Below are positions 1-9,406 of a DNA stretch of 64,000 bases, piece by piece. A model generated the notes under the pieces. It ran no database searches, was not told the DNA's origin, and saw only the letters and a program-made list of their open reading frames with translations. Positions within the stretch are counted from its first letter, which is position 1; every line of letters begins with the position of its first letter. This DNA is from an uncultured Planctomycetaceae bacterium (GTDB lineage Bacteria; Planctomycetota; Planctomycetia; Planctomycetales; Planctomycetaceae). The DNA lies in assembly GCA_963976765.1 (NCBI GenBank), contig CAXBME010000008.1, positions 1-64,000 of the forward strand, in the 5' to 3' direction. The position numbers and the translations under genes were made by a program.

Positions 1-19
1 TGAATCTATCAACCCGCCG

Positions 20-331
20 TCACCGGAACTTTCTACACGGCGTGGGACAATATCGATTGTGGGCAAGTGGAGTGTCTTCGTAAGCTCTGCCAATGTCCCG
101 AGTTGGCGGCAACATTCCATAGATGTCATGGTGATTGTGAAGTGCAAGTCCCCACTGCTTAAGATTGTTGACGCATTGAGACCTGCGTGCGGCCTCTCGA
201 GCCTGTTGAACTGCCGGGAGCAGCAGCGCCACTAGAATTGCGATGATCGCAATTACGACGAGCAGCTCGATCAGCGTAAAGCCGGCCCGTCGGGAATTAG
301 ACAACTTAGCCTTCGTATTGAGTCTTCTCAT
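20..331 (-). pseudogene. DUF1559 family prepilin-type N-terminal cleavage/methylation protein, truncated at 103 aa
   Basis: [51 protein letters not shown] is the canonical DUF1559 N-terminus. An in-frame TGA at 20-22 ends it far short of the usual ~300 aa. Confidence 0.75.
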
Positions 332-914
332 TCGAACATTACCTCACAGAACAGGGGACAAAAAAGTAAAGGGTGACTAAAGACAGTCGTAATTTGCAGC
401 AGGATTTTTATATCGCGACCTGATGAATGGCGATGTATTCTGCTGGGTATGAACGCTTTTGGATACGTTTGGAAGCGGCTGATTCAGCTGCCACCTATAC
501 AAGCGGAAGAGGCTACACTCCAAAGATCGGCAACTCAACGCCAAAAGCAACATCGTAAGAATACTTCACCGCAATCCAGAAGAATCATTCGTTCCAATGG
601 TAATTATTTGTATGCAGCGGTTGCCGAAGGGTAATTCGAAACGAATGAATGACGCCAGCACCACCAACAGCATTGGCAAATTTGAACGCGGTCGGCGGCA
701 TTGGTCGGATATGGCAGTCGAGTCTCTGCCGGGCGCGTTGATTCGGTTTCAGCGGTCAGTTGAGAGTGCTTTGCGGAGTCGTTTATAGTCGGACGCATTC
801 GCTGACGCTGATTTGTTGGCGAGCCCGCCTGTTGACAGATAGGGACTCGAAGAGTGCCCGTCCCAGCCTGCGGCTTCTGATCGCTCTTCACTATTTCCCG
901 CAAGGAAAACGACT

Positions 915-2222
915 ATGCCGAAACCTTTGAACTTCACGCGGCGAGATTTTCTGACAACGACCACGGCCGGCGCTGCAGCTGTTTCGTCCGGAGTCTGGAC
1001 CGGAGCCTCGCTGGCTGAATCGAAATCGGCCAACGAGAAACTGGTGATCGCCTGCGTCGGGACTGCTAACCGGGCACTGGCGGATATCGATGGAGTGGCG
1101 GGAGAGAACATCGTCGCGCTGTGCGATGTTGACTCGAACTATCTGGATCGATCGAAAGCGCGATTCAAGGATGCTCGAACTTACGCCGACTATCGCGAGA
1201 TGATCGAAGCAGAAGCCGACAAAATTGATGCGGTGGTCGTCGCGACGGCTGACCACAGTCACGCTCCGGCATCAATTCGGGCCATCCGCAAGGGGCTGCA
1301 TGTTTATTGTGAAAAACCGCTGACACACACCGTCGAAGAAGCTCGCATCATCGCCGAAGAAGCAAAGAAGTACGGCGTGGCAACACAGCTTGGAACTCAG
1401 ATTCACGCTGGCGACAACTACCGACGCGTGACTGAGATTATCCAGTCGGGAGCGATTGGCGACGTCACTGAGTGTCACGTATGGGTCAACAAAGGTTGGG
1501 GCGGTGGCGAGCTTCCCGAAAAGGCTGACGAGCCGCCGAAGAATCTGAACTGGGATCTGTGGCTCGGGCCAGCCCCTGAACGTCCCTTCGCAAACGGCCG
1601 ATATCATCCGGCTCAGTGGCGACGCTGGTGGGCGTTCGGTCAGGGCACACTGGGCGACATGGCCTGCCACTTTATGGACCTGCCGTTCTGGGCTCTCAAC
1701 CTTCGACACCCGACCAACGTCGAAGCGGAAGGACCGGAAGTTCATCCGGAAACCTGCCCGCTGGGGCTGACGGTTCGTTACAGGTTTCCGGCCCGAGACG
1801 ACATGCCGGCGGTCGACCTGACCTGGTACGACGGCAATCAGATCCCGAAAGAAATCGAAGGGCAGCGAGTCCCTGGTTCGGGCGTCATGTTCATCGGTAC
1901 CGAAGGCATGATGTACGCTAACTATGGAAGCTACAAACTCTTCCCGCAGGAAAAGTTTGCGGCCTTCGAACCGCCGGCGCCGACCATTCCCAACTCGATC
2001 GGCCATCACGCCGAATGGATCAAGGCCTGCAAAGATGGCTCGCCGACGACATGCAACTTCGACTACTCAGGCGCGTTGACTGAGTCCGTTCTGCTGGGCA
2101 ACGTTGCTTACCGCAGCGGTAAGGCTCTGGAATGGGACGCGGCCAATCTGAAGGTGACCAATACTTCCGAAGCGGACAAGTTTCTCCGTAAGGAATACCG
2201 CAAAGGTTGGGAAGTTTCGTAG
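915..2222 (+). CDS. Tat-exported Gfo/Idh/MocA family oxidoreductase
   Basis: Twin-arginine signal TRRDFL; DAVVVATADHSH and HVYCEKP motifs; WDLWLGPAP; RBS-like AAGGA upstream. Confidence 0.92.
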   Translation: MPKPLNFTRRDFLTTTTAGAAAVSSGVWTGASLAESKSANEKLVIACVGTANRALADIDGVAGENIVALCDVDSNYLDRSKARFKDARTYADYREMIEAEADKIDAVVVATADHSHAPASIRAIRKGLHVYCEKPLTHTVEEARIIAEEAKKYGVATQLGTQIHAGDNYRRVTEIIQSGAIGDVTECHVWVNKGWGGGELPEKADEPPKNLNWDLWLGPAPERPFANGRYHPAQWRRWWAFGQGTLGDMACHFMDLPFWALNLRHPTNVEAEGPEVHPETCPLGLTVRYRFPARDDMPAVDLTWYDGNQIPKEIEGQRVPGSGVMFIGTEGMMYANYGSYKLFPQEKFAAFEPPAPTIPNSIGHHAEWIKACKDGSPTTCNFDYSGALTESVLLGNVAYRSGKALEWDAANLKVTNTSEADKFLRKEYRKGWEVS

Positions 2223-2269
2223 TTTGGATTTTCGCCAGTTGAACTGGTAGCGATTTCGGCAATCATGGT

Positions 2270-2310
2270 GCAGGCCCGGTTTCGTTTTGAAGCCGGGCCT
2301 GTTTCCGTTT
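2270..2310 (+). terminator. Rho-independent terminator-like hairpin
   Basis: CAGGCCCGGTTTC-GTTTT-GAAGCCGGGCCTG stem followed by a T-rich tail, downstream of the oxidoreductase. Confidence 0.65.
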
Positions 2311-2326
2311 CTTGTGTGGTCGATCT

Positions 2327-3262
2327 GTGAACGACGCTCTCAGCGAAATTGATCATCAGCTCTTGAATGGAGTCCTCGCTGGAAGGAGTGAGGACTGGGA
2401 AGAGCTTGTTTCACAGTTTCATGGTCGCCTGCTGGCATTCGCGAGGCGACAGCTTGAGCAGAATGCTGACGCTGAAGATGCTGTTCAGGAAACTTTTCTG
2501 AGTCTCCTGAAGTCTCTCAATTTGTTTCGCGGTGAGGCGAGTCTGGAAACGTGGCTGTTTCAGCTTTTGCGTCGCCGCATTGCTGACATTTATCGTAGAG
2601 CGGGTCGGCATCAGCACGTGCAGCTGTGCCTGTCGGATTCTCAGGCAGCTGGCGACCGTCATTCACCCGCGACGCAGGCAGCGGTGAGCGTCGACCAGTC
2701 TGCAAGCTGGTACGTTCGCCAGGAAGAGCAGCAGGCGAAGGATCGAGCGGCGCTGCTGAAGGCAGTCACGTCCTCAACGGACCGACTGAAAGCAGATCGT
2801 CGATTTCAGGATCTCAAGACGTTTGACCTCCTGTTTTTTGCTCACTGGAGAAATCAGGAGATCGCTCAGGAGCTTGGACTGGAAGAAACGGCTGTCGCGG
2901 TGCTGAAGCATCGGTTCATTCAGCGAGTTGCCAGACAGCTTGATTTCAACGATGACCATCGCGAGGGGGCCGTTCAGCATTCTGACCTGTTGACCGAAGT
3001 CTGGCGGGACGGACGACCGAGCTGCCCCAAACGAACGACGCTGGGCAAGTACATTCTGGGGACGATGCCCGAAGACTGGGACGACTTCGTGACGTTTCAT
3101 GTCGATCGGCTCGGCTGTGAATTCTGTGCGGCGAACCTCGAAGACCTGACGGTCGAAATCAACGCTCCGCCCAACGAGGCAGTCGATCAGCTTCGCGGGA
3201 GAATCCTTGAATCGACGATCGGCTTTCTGAACCCACTGCTCGGCAGAAATTCTGCGAAGTAG
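2327..3262 (+). CDS. ECF (sigma-70 group 4) RNA polymerase sigma factor with C-terminal Cys/His zinc-finger-like extension
   Basis: Region 2 motifs DAEDAVQETFL and LETWLFQLLRRRIAD; region 4 NQEIAQELG; C-terminal CP..HVDRLGCEFC. The GTG start at 2327 is inferred. Confidence 0.85.
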   Translation: MNDALSEIDHQLLNGVLAGRSEDWEELVSQFHGRLLAFARRQLEQNADAEDAVQETFLSLLKSLNLFRGEASLETWLFQLLRRRIADIYRRAGRHQHVQLCLSDSQAAGDRHSPATQAAVSVDQSASWYVRQEEQQAKDRAALLKAVTSSTDRLKADRRFQDLKTFDLLFFAHWRNQEIAQELGLEETAVAVLKHRFIQRVARQLDFNDDHREGAVQHSDLLTEVWRDGRPSCPKRTTLGKYILGTMPEDWDDFVTFHVDRLGCEFCAANLEDLTVEINAPPNEAVDQLRGRILESTIGFLNPLLGRNSAK

Positions 3263-3446
3263 CTCGCGTTGTGGCGTTGATCGGGTGTCTCTGCGATAAT
3301 CCCGAGCCTCGTCCACAGCCACAAGGCATCGTCCGATTAAGCACAGGCATGCCGGTTTGCGGCAGGCGACGACGAAGCAGGATGCCGGCGTTTCACCTGG
3401 CATTACCTTCATGGTTCAAACAACGCAGAGAGCAGAGAGAAGCCGC

Positions 3447-4757
3447 ATGGCGACTGACACAACCAGCTCCACCGAAGTCGGCAGTTACTTCGTGTCCAAC
3501 TATCCGCCATTCTCGCTCTGGACCCGCGAGAACGTTCCGGAGATCCTGTCGGCACTCAACTCGCCGCCCGACGCCAGCGTGCCGATGGGACTTTACCTGC
3601 ACATTCCCTTCTGTCGAAAACGCTGCCGCTTCTGCTACTTCCGCGTTTACACCAATCAGAACGCCAAAGCGATTCAGCGTTATGTTGATTGCCTGGCGAG
3701 TGAAATCGAAATGCTTAGCCGCACTGAGGCTGTGCAGAATCGCGACCTGCAATTTGTTTATTTCGGCGGAGGCACGCCGTCCTACCTCAGCTCCCGGCAG
3801 CTTCTATTTCTGCGCGATAAGCTGGCGGAACATGTCTCCTGGGAAACCGCCGAAGAAGTCACTTTCGAGTGTGAGCCCGGAACGCTCAGTCTGGAAAAAG
3901 TTCAGACGCTGAAGGAAATCGGAATCACTCGTGTTTCGCTCGGCGTGGAAAACTTCGACGACGCGATCCTCGAAGAGAACGGTCGAGCCCACTTGTCGCC
4001 TGAAATTGAAACGGCTTACGGCTGGCTGCGGCAGGTCGGATTTCCTCAGGTCAACATTGACCTGATCGCCGGGATGATTGGCGAAACGGACGAAAACTGG
4101 CATCGCTGCATCGACAAAGCCGTCGAGATGGAGCCGGACAATATCACCATCTACCAGATGGAGTTGCCGTTCAACACGATCATTTCGAAAGAGATGAAAG
4201 AAAACGGCACAGCGTCGCCAATCGCAGACTGGGCAACGAAACGCCGCTGGGTCGATGAAGCATTCAATCGTCTGCTGGCCGAGGGGTATCAGATTTCAAG
4301 TGGCAACGAACTGGTCAGGTCGCTCGATACCGATCATTTCGTGTATCGCGATAACCTTTTCCGCGGGTCAGACCTGATTGCCGCCGGCGTGTCTTCGTTC
4401 GGGCATCTTCAGGGAGTTCATTATCAGAATCTTGACCAGATCGAGGATTACCAGACGGTGGTCGAGGCAGGCGAACTTCCGGTCAATCGAGCATTACGAC
4501 CATCGGCTCATCAGGCACTGATTCGAGAAGTCATCCTTCAACTGAAGGAAGGCCACATTTCCGGCGACACGTTTCAGCGAAAGTTCGGGGTCGATATCTT
4601 CGACGAATTCGCAGACGCCTTCCGCAATCAGCAGGCAGCAGGTTACCTGCAGGTTGAAGATGGCCACGTTCACCTCACCCGCAAAGGACTGTTGCAGGTT
4701 GACAGCCTGCTCACGGAATACTTCGAGCCTGAGCACCGTCAGGTTCGCTACACGTAA
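3447..4757 (+). CDS. HemN/coproporphyrinogen-III-oxidase-like radical SAM enzyme (class C-like)
   Basis: [17 protein letters not shown] (CxxxCxxC), [23 protein letters not shown] and a HemN-type C-terminal domain. ATG at 3447 chosen as start. Confidence 0.9.
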   Translation: MATDTTSSTEVGSYFVSNYPPFSLWTRENVPEILSALNSPPDASVPMGLYLHIPFCRKRCRFCYFRVYTNQNAKAIQRYVDCLASEIEMLSRTEAVQNRDLQFVYFGGGTPSYLSSRQLLFLRDKLAEHVSWETAEEVTFECEPGTLSLEKVQTLKEIGITRVSLGVENFDDAILEENGRAHLSPEIETAYGWLRQVGFPQVNIDLIAGMIGETDENWHRCIDKAVEMEPDNITIYQMELPFNTIISKEMKENGTASPIADWATKRRWVDEAFNRLLAEGYQISSGNELVRSLDTDHFVYRDNLFRGSDLIAAGVSSFGHLQGVHYQNLDQIEDYQTVVEAGELPVNRALRPSAHQALIREVILQLKEGHISGDTFQRKFGVDIFDEFADAFRNQQAAGYLQVEDGHVHLTRKGLLQVDSLLTEYFEPEHRQVRYT

Positions 4758-4783
4758 CAGGTCTCTCCCCTGGTCCTTCCTCT

Positions 4784-5335
4784 TTGACAGCACACCCCGC
4801 CGTGAATCCACTCACAGAACTTGAAGCCCTGTTGGACCTGTTTCCGGAAAGCCAGCCACTGGTTCTGCGGGCCGAACATATTCCGTCTTCGCAGACTCCC
4901 GAACCGTACAAGCAAATGCTCGTTCACGAGCACCACATGACGGTTACCATGGAGTCGTACCACGGAACCAGCGTCGATGTTCGCGTGCTGGATCAGAAGT
5001 TCGACCAGAACATGTACTGCCGGAAGATTCTGCTGCTGAAAAGTGGAACGGAAGACGTCGTTCAGTTTGGAATCGTGCGTTTCAATTTTCAGTATGTTAC
5101 ACGCGAAGTCAAAGAGCAGATTCTCAGCGGCGAAATCCCGCTTGGTCGAGTCCTGATAAACCACAACGTTTTGCGACATATCGACCTGGGAGCCATCGTC
5201 AAACTGACGGCTGGTCCCGGTCTGGCGACGCATCTACAAATGGAAGAAGGGGCGACGACCTACGGTCGCCTCGCCACAATCTTCTGCAATCACCGCCCCG
5301 CAGTTGACCTGCTGGAAGTCTCCGCGCCTCTGTAG
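4784..5335 (+). CDS. Chorismate pyruvate-lyase-like (UbiC/DUF98 fold) protein
   Basis: [28 protein letters not shown] and [12 protein letters not shown] resemble the chorismate-lyase signature (LL..GSxT..LE, R.V.L, PLG..L). Confidence 0.65.
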   Translation: MTAHPAVNPLTELEALLDLFPESQPLVLRAEHIPSSQTPEPYKQMLVHEHHMTVTMESYHGTSVDVRVLDQKFDQNMYCRKILLLKSGTEDVVQFGIVRFNFQYVTREVKEQILSGEIPLGRVLINHNVLRHIDLGAIVKLTAGPGLATHLQMEEGATTYGRLATIFCNHRPAVDLLEVSAPL

Positions 5336-5346
5336 AGAATCGATAC

Positions 5347-6609
5347 ATGGTGGAATCCGCACAACCCGTTCTTGAAGAATCTTACGATGTCGTCGTCATC
5401 GGCGGTGGTCCGGCGGGAGCATCGACAGGTGCTCTGATTGCCGAACATGGATACCGCACTTTGATTCTGGAGCGATCTGAAGTTCCGCGTTTTCACGTTG
5501 GCGAGTCGCTGATTCCGGAAACGTACTGGACGCTCAAGCGTCTGGGGCTTGTGGAACGACTTCGTGAAAGTGCCTATCCGCGAAAATACAGCGTCCAGTT
5601 TTTCAGCGAAGGTCTGAAACCTTCCGCCCCGTTCTATTTCGATGAGTACAAAGACTGCGAAAGCTCTCAGACCTGGCAGGTGTGGCGAGACACTTTTGAC
5701 CAGATGCTCCTTGACCGGGCGATTGAACTCGGAGCGACGGTCCACACGAAAGCTCAGGTGATTGATGCTCACTTCGAGGGTGATCGCGCAACGGGTGTTC
5801 GAGTTAAAGTTGCCGGTCCAAACGGCGAGCGGGTCGAAAAGGATATCGCCTGCAAAGTGCTGGTTGATGCGACCGGCCAGTCCGCGTTTCTGGCCTCTCG
5901 ACTTGGCCTGAAAGAGACCGATCCTGCACTGAAGAAAGGAACCGTCTGGACGTATTTCGAGAACGCTCGACGTGACCCCGGCAAGGACGAAGGCGCGACG
6001 CTCATCATGCAAACAGCAGAAAAGCAGTCGTGGTTCTGGTTCATTCCGTTGCCTGACAACATTACCAGCATTGGCTGCACCGCCGACATGAATATTCTGT
6101 TTGCCGGAGGCTTGACCGCAGAGGAAGCGTATAACCGGGAACTCGAACGCTGTCCGGCCATGGTCGAGCGACTTGAGAACGCGACACGGGTGCGCGACTA
6201 CCTGACGACCAAAGATTACACATACTACGCTCGGCAGGGAGCAGGCCCCGGTTGGACGCTGGTCGGCGACGCGTACGGATTCATCGATCCGGTTTATTCC
6301 AGCGGGGTGTTTCTTGCATTGAAGTCTGGCGAGTTCGCTGCTGACGCCATTCACGCCGCCTTCAAGAAGAATGATTTTTCGGCGGAACAGCTCGGAAGCT
6401 GGACCAGCGAGCATGCTCGTGGCGTGGGCGTGTTCCGCAAGCTGGTCTACGCGTACTACAACCCGAACTTCAGTTTCGGGCAGTTTATGAAGATGCACCC
6501 GCAGTTCCGATCTAACGTCACCGACATTCTGATCGGCGATGTCTATAAACCTGACTTCGAAGAATGCTTCGCCGCTATGGGGGACGTGACGCCTCCGGTC
6601 GCGGAATGA
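5347..6609 (+). CDS. FAD-dependent oxidoreductase of the flavin-dependent halogenase / geranylgeranyl-reductase superfamily
   Basis: GGGPAG, RFHVGESL, YPRKY (Lys), WFWFIP (WxWxIP) and GDAYGFIDPVYSSG (FxxPxxSxG). Confidence 0.85.
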   Translation: MVESAQPVLEESYDVVVIGGGPAGASTGALIAEHGYRTLILERSEVPRFHVGESLIPETYWTLKRLGLVERLRESAYPRKYSVQFFSEGLKPSAPFYFDEYKDCESSQTWQVWRDTFDQMLLDRAIELGATVHTKAQVIDAHFEGDRATGVRVKVAGPNGERVEKDIACKVLVDATGQSAFLASRLGLKETDPALKKGTVWTYFENARRDPGKDEGATLIMQTAEKQSWFWFIPLPDNITSIGCTADMNILFAGGLTAEEAYNRELERCPAMVERLENATRVRDYLTTKDYTYYARQGAGPGWTLVGDAYGFIDPVYSSGVFLALKSGEFAADAIHAAFKKNDFSAEQLGSWTSEHARGVGVFRKLVYAYYNPNFSFGQFMKMHPQFRSNVTDILIGDVYKPDFEECFAAMGDVTPPVAE

Positions 6610-6639
6610 GGCAACGATAAGTCGACCAAGAGGAACGCC

Positions 6640-7911
6640 ATGAGAACCTGCTCGACGCGACTTCTTCTGATTCTGACGACGTTCCTTCTGCTGGATTGCT
6701 GCGTCAGTGCTCAGCAGTCAGCCGGTGATTCGACCGATGCGAAGCCAGTGCCGGAAATTGCCGGCATCACAACGGTCTGTCGGACCAACTCGCACGCAGA
6801 AGTCATCATCGGTCGGCTGGTCCGTGGCTACTCACTGAACGATCAAGGCCCTCGTCCGAACCTGAAGCTCACAACTTTGTTTACGGATCAGGTTCCCACC
6901 AGCGATATCAGCGGCGAATGGTCAACGACGTACGGAATTCCAGTTGTTAATTCCGTCACCGAGTCACTGACTCGCGGAAGGAACGCTTTGAATGTCGATG
7001 GAGTTCTGCTTGTCGCCGAACATGGCGACTACGAGACATCGGCCACCGGCAACAAGCAGTTTCCCAAGCGGCGGTTGTTTGCCGAAATCGCGAACGTTTT
7101 CGAATCGTCGAATCGTTCGGTCCCGGTTTTTTCCGACAAGCACCTGTCTGACAACTGGACGGACGCGAAATGGATTTATGACCGGGCGAAGGAGTTGAAG
7201 ATCCCGCTGATGGCCGGTTCCTCGTTGCCGGTGCTTTGGAGATACCCGCCGATTGACACTCGCCGCGATGCACCGATCGAAGAAATTGTGGCGGTTTCGT
7301 ATGGCTCTCTCGATGCTTACGGGTTCCATGCCTTGGAGATGGTGCAGTGTCTTGTTGAACGCCGAAGTGGCGGCGAAACCGGAGTACGCAGCGTCCAGTG
7401 CCTGACAGGTGACGCAGTGTGGAAAGCTCGCGACGCGGGCAAATTCAGTCCGCAACTCTTCGAAGCAACGCTGGACCGGCTGAATCAGAAACGTTGGGAG
7501 AAACGAAACAAAACGCTGGAAGAGTCCGTTCGCGAGCCGGTGCTCTGGATGGTCGAATATCGCGACGGACTACGAGCCAGCATTCTGACACTCAACGGTG
7601 CTGTCGCGGACTGGACCGCCGCCTGGAAGTACGCAGGCGAAGATCGAATTGAGTCGACGCGTTTCCAGGTTCAGGAAGAGCGACCGTACGGCCACTTCAC
7701 CTTCCTGGTAAAAGGCTTCGAAAAAATGGTACAGACCGGCAAGCCTGTCTGGCCGGTCGAACGAACTCTGCTCACCAGCGGAGTGCTCGATGCACTACTC
7801 ACATCAAAGCTGAGCGGCGGAGAGAAGCTTCCCACTCCGTGGCTCGACGTTCGATACACCAGCGACTACGACTGGCAGCAACCGCCCGAGCCCACATCAA
7901 TAAGCCAGTAG
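6640..7911 (+). CDS. Secreted conserved protein, distant Gfo/Idh/MocA-like oxidoreductase
   Basis: Signal peptide; VDGVLLVAEHGDY, PVFSDKHLS, PLMAGSSLP and YGFHALE motifs. Confidence 0.7.
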   Translation: MRTCSTRLLLILTTFLLLDCCVSAQQSAGDSTDAKPVPEIAGITTVCRTNSHAEVIIGRLVRGYSLNDQGPRPNLKLTTLFTDQVPTSDISGEWSTTYGIPVVNSVTESLTRGRNALNVDGVLLVAEHGDYETSATGNKQFPKRRLFAEIANVFESSNRSVPVFSDKHLSDNWTDAKWIYDRAKELKIPLMAGSSLPVLWRYPPIDTRRDAPIEEIVAVSYGSLDAYGFHALEMVQCLVERRSGGETGVRSVQCLTGDAVWKARDAGKFSPQLFEATLDRLNQKRWEKRNKTLEESVREPVLWMVEYRDGLRASILTLNGAVADWTAAWKYAGEDRIESTRFQVQEERPYGHFTFLVKGFEKMVQTGKPVWPVERTLLTSGVLDALLTSKLSGGEKLPTPWLDVRYTSDYDWQQPPEPTSISQ

Positions 7912-8003
7912 CCGACTTGTTTCGTCTACCGATAATTGCCGTGCAGGTTGATTCTATCTCTCTGGCTCTGTCGGACGGGCCCTGACCTACGGCAACTTCC
8001 AAT

Positions 8004-8046
8004 GGAAAACGGACAGGCCACTTGAGAAGTGGTCTGTCCGTTTTCC
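8004..8046. terminator. Bidirectional terminator hairpin between convergent genes
   Basis: GGAAAACGGACAGGCCACTT-GAG-AAGTGGTCTGTCCGTTTTCC, a 20-bp near-perfect inverted repeat. Confidence 0.8.
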
Positions 8047-8070
8047 TGAAAGCTTCATTAGCCGCACTTA

Positions 8071-8751
8071 TCAGACGTCGATGCCCAGGTCGTATTTCAA
8101 CTCGCGGAATCGTTCGATGAACTCTTCGCTCGAAGAATGGACGTGCTCGGCTTCGGTGATGAAGCGGATGTCTTCGTGGCAGTCGACGTAGTGATCGATC
8201 AGTGTGCCTTCGATGGCGTTGAGGTTCTGGCCGTAGGCGATCAGAAGTTTGTGCTCGTCGAACTGAACTTCCATCGGAATATTCGGATTCAGTACCGCGA
8301 TTCCCATGCAGCCATCGTCGAGCAGCAGGTCTTCGTAGTCCATCAGAATACTTTTCAGAACCGGCAGGTCGATTGATTCTCGAACCAGATCGTTGTGAGA
8401 ACCGTGGTTGGAGTCGTGGCTCGACTCCAGCACCACGTCAACTTCATTGCCCATCGGGTCGAGCAGATCGAAGAACAGATCAAGCACTCGTTCTCGCGAT
8501 GCCGCCGCCATCACGACTGGAATCTCGACACCGGTATCAGCGTCTTTGTAAGAATCGTGACGGAACCCGGCCTGGGGTACGATTTGAAGATCGTACGATG
8601 GCCGCACTGCATCCGTCAGCGTGAAATTTCCGTAACGGGCGATCCGTAGATGAGTCTCCAACTGGTCTTCAGTCAGGTGCTCGAAGCTGCTGGAGCCGCT
8701 CGTTTGCCCATCTCGAAAAGTATTTCTGACAAACTTCTGAATAAAACTCAT
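8071..8751 (-). CDS. Conserved hypothetical protein (acidic, ~226 aa)
   Basis: Clean ORF with genome-typical codon use. The start is placed at MSFIQKF because the upstream extension looks non-coding. Confidence 0.75.
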   Translation of the reverse strand: MSFIQKFVRNTFRDGQTSGSSSFEHLTEDQLETHLRIARYGNFTLTDAVRPSYDLQIVPQAGFRHDSYKDADTGVEIPVVMAAASRERVLDLFFDLLDPMGNEVDVVLESSHDSNHGSHNDLVRESIDLPVLKSILMDYEDLLLDDGCMGIAVLNPNIPMEVQFDEHKLLIAYGQNLNAIEGTLIDHYVDCHEDIRFITEAEHVHSSSEEFIERFRELKYDLGIDV

Positions 8752-9406
8752 CAGGCCAGAATCCCCTCTGCGTCGGATGATCCGACTGTTTCGGTCTCTG
8801 CTTCTTGTCGCCTCGCACTCAGAATGAGTCGCGGTTGGCCAACGTTCAGGCAGGGTTCGTTCGATTGATAAAAGGCCGACTTTCCGCAGCCCCAACTGCG
8901 TCGCCGACGTTTTGTTCGCCGCTCAGTGTTCCCGCTCTGAGCGATCAACTGATTCAGCTCAGCCAGCCCAACGGCTCGATTCCTCATCACAAAGACGAGG
9001 TCACGGCGCTGAATCAGCGTTGCCGCTTTCTGCGAAACACACACTGAACCTAGCACGCGATTCCCGAATAAGTTTCCGTGCCGCAAACGTCTGCATCTTT
9101 TTCGACGCTGGACTCTGAGGGCCGACGCACTGACGCGGTCTGGGATAAGCCGGCAAGAAGGCGAGACAATCCGGCTGCAACGATTCTGCAGCGCGCCGAC
9201 GTGCCTGAAATGGCGCGATACGATCATCCAGTCGTTACAAACTGCTTCAGCTGGCCCAGTCAGCCGCCAGGATCGTTACAATTCCGGGCCAGGATTGTTC
9301 AGCGCCAACACTGATTCACACGTACCCTGACTTGTGAAAGCCGGCAACGTCCGAAAACAATTCCCCTCATCACGAAACAGACTCAACCTGTTCCAGAGAG
9401 CCCGAC

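Noticed and set aside
3447..4757. Gene symbol hemN or hemW
   Set aside because: It lacks the RNFQGY and HNxxYW motifs, and there are no heme genes nearby.
5290..6498. Long antisense or alternate-frame ORFs (also 21409-22422, 25834-26688, 34659-35564, 49035-50180, 60271-60957)
   Set aside because: These are shadow ORFs of well-supported genes in GC-rich DNA and have no recognisable motifs.
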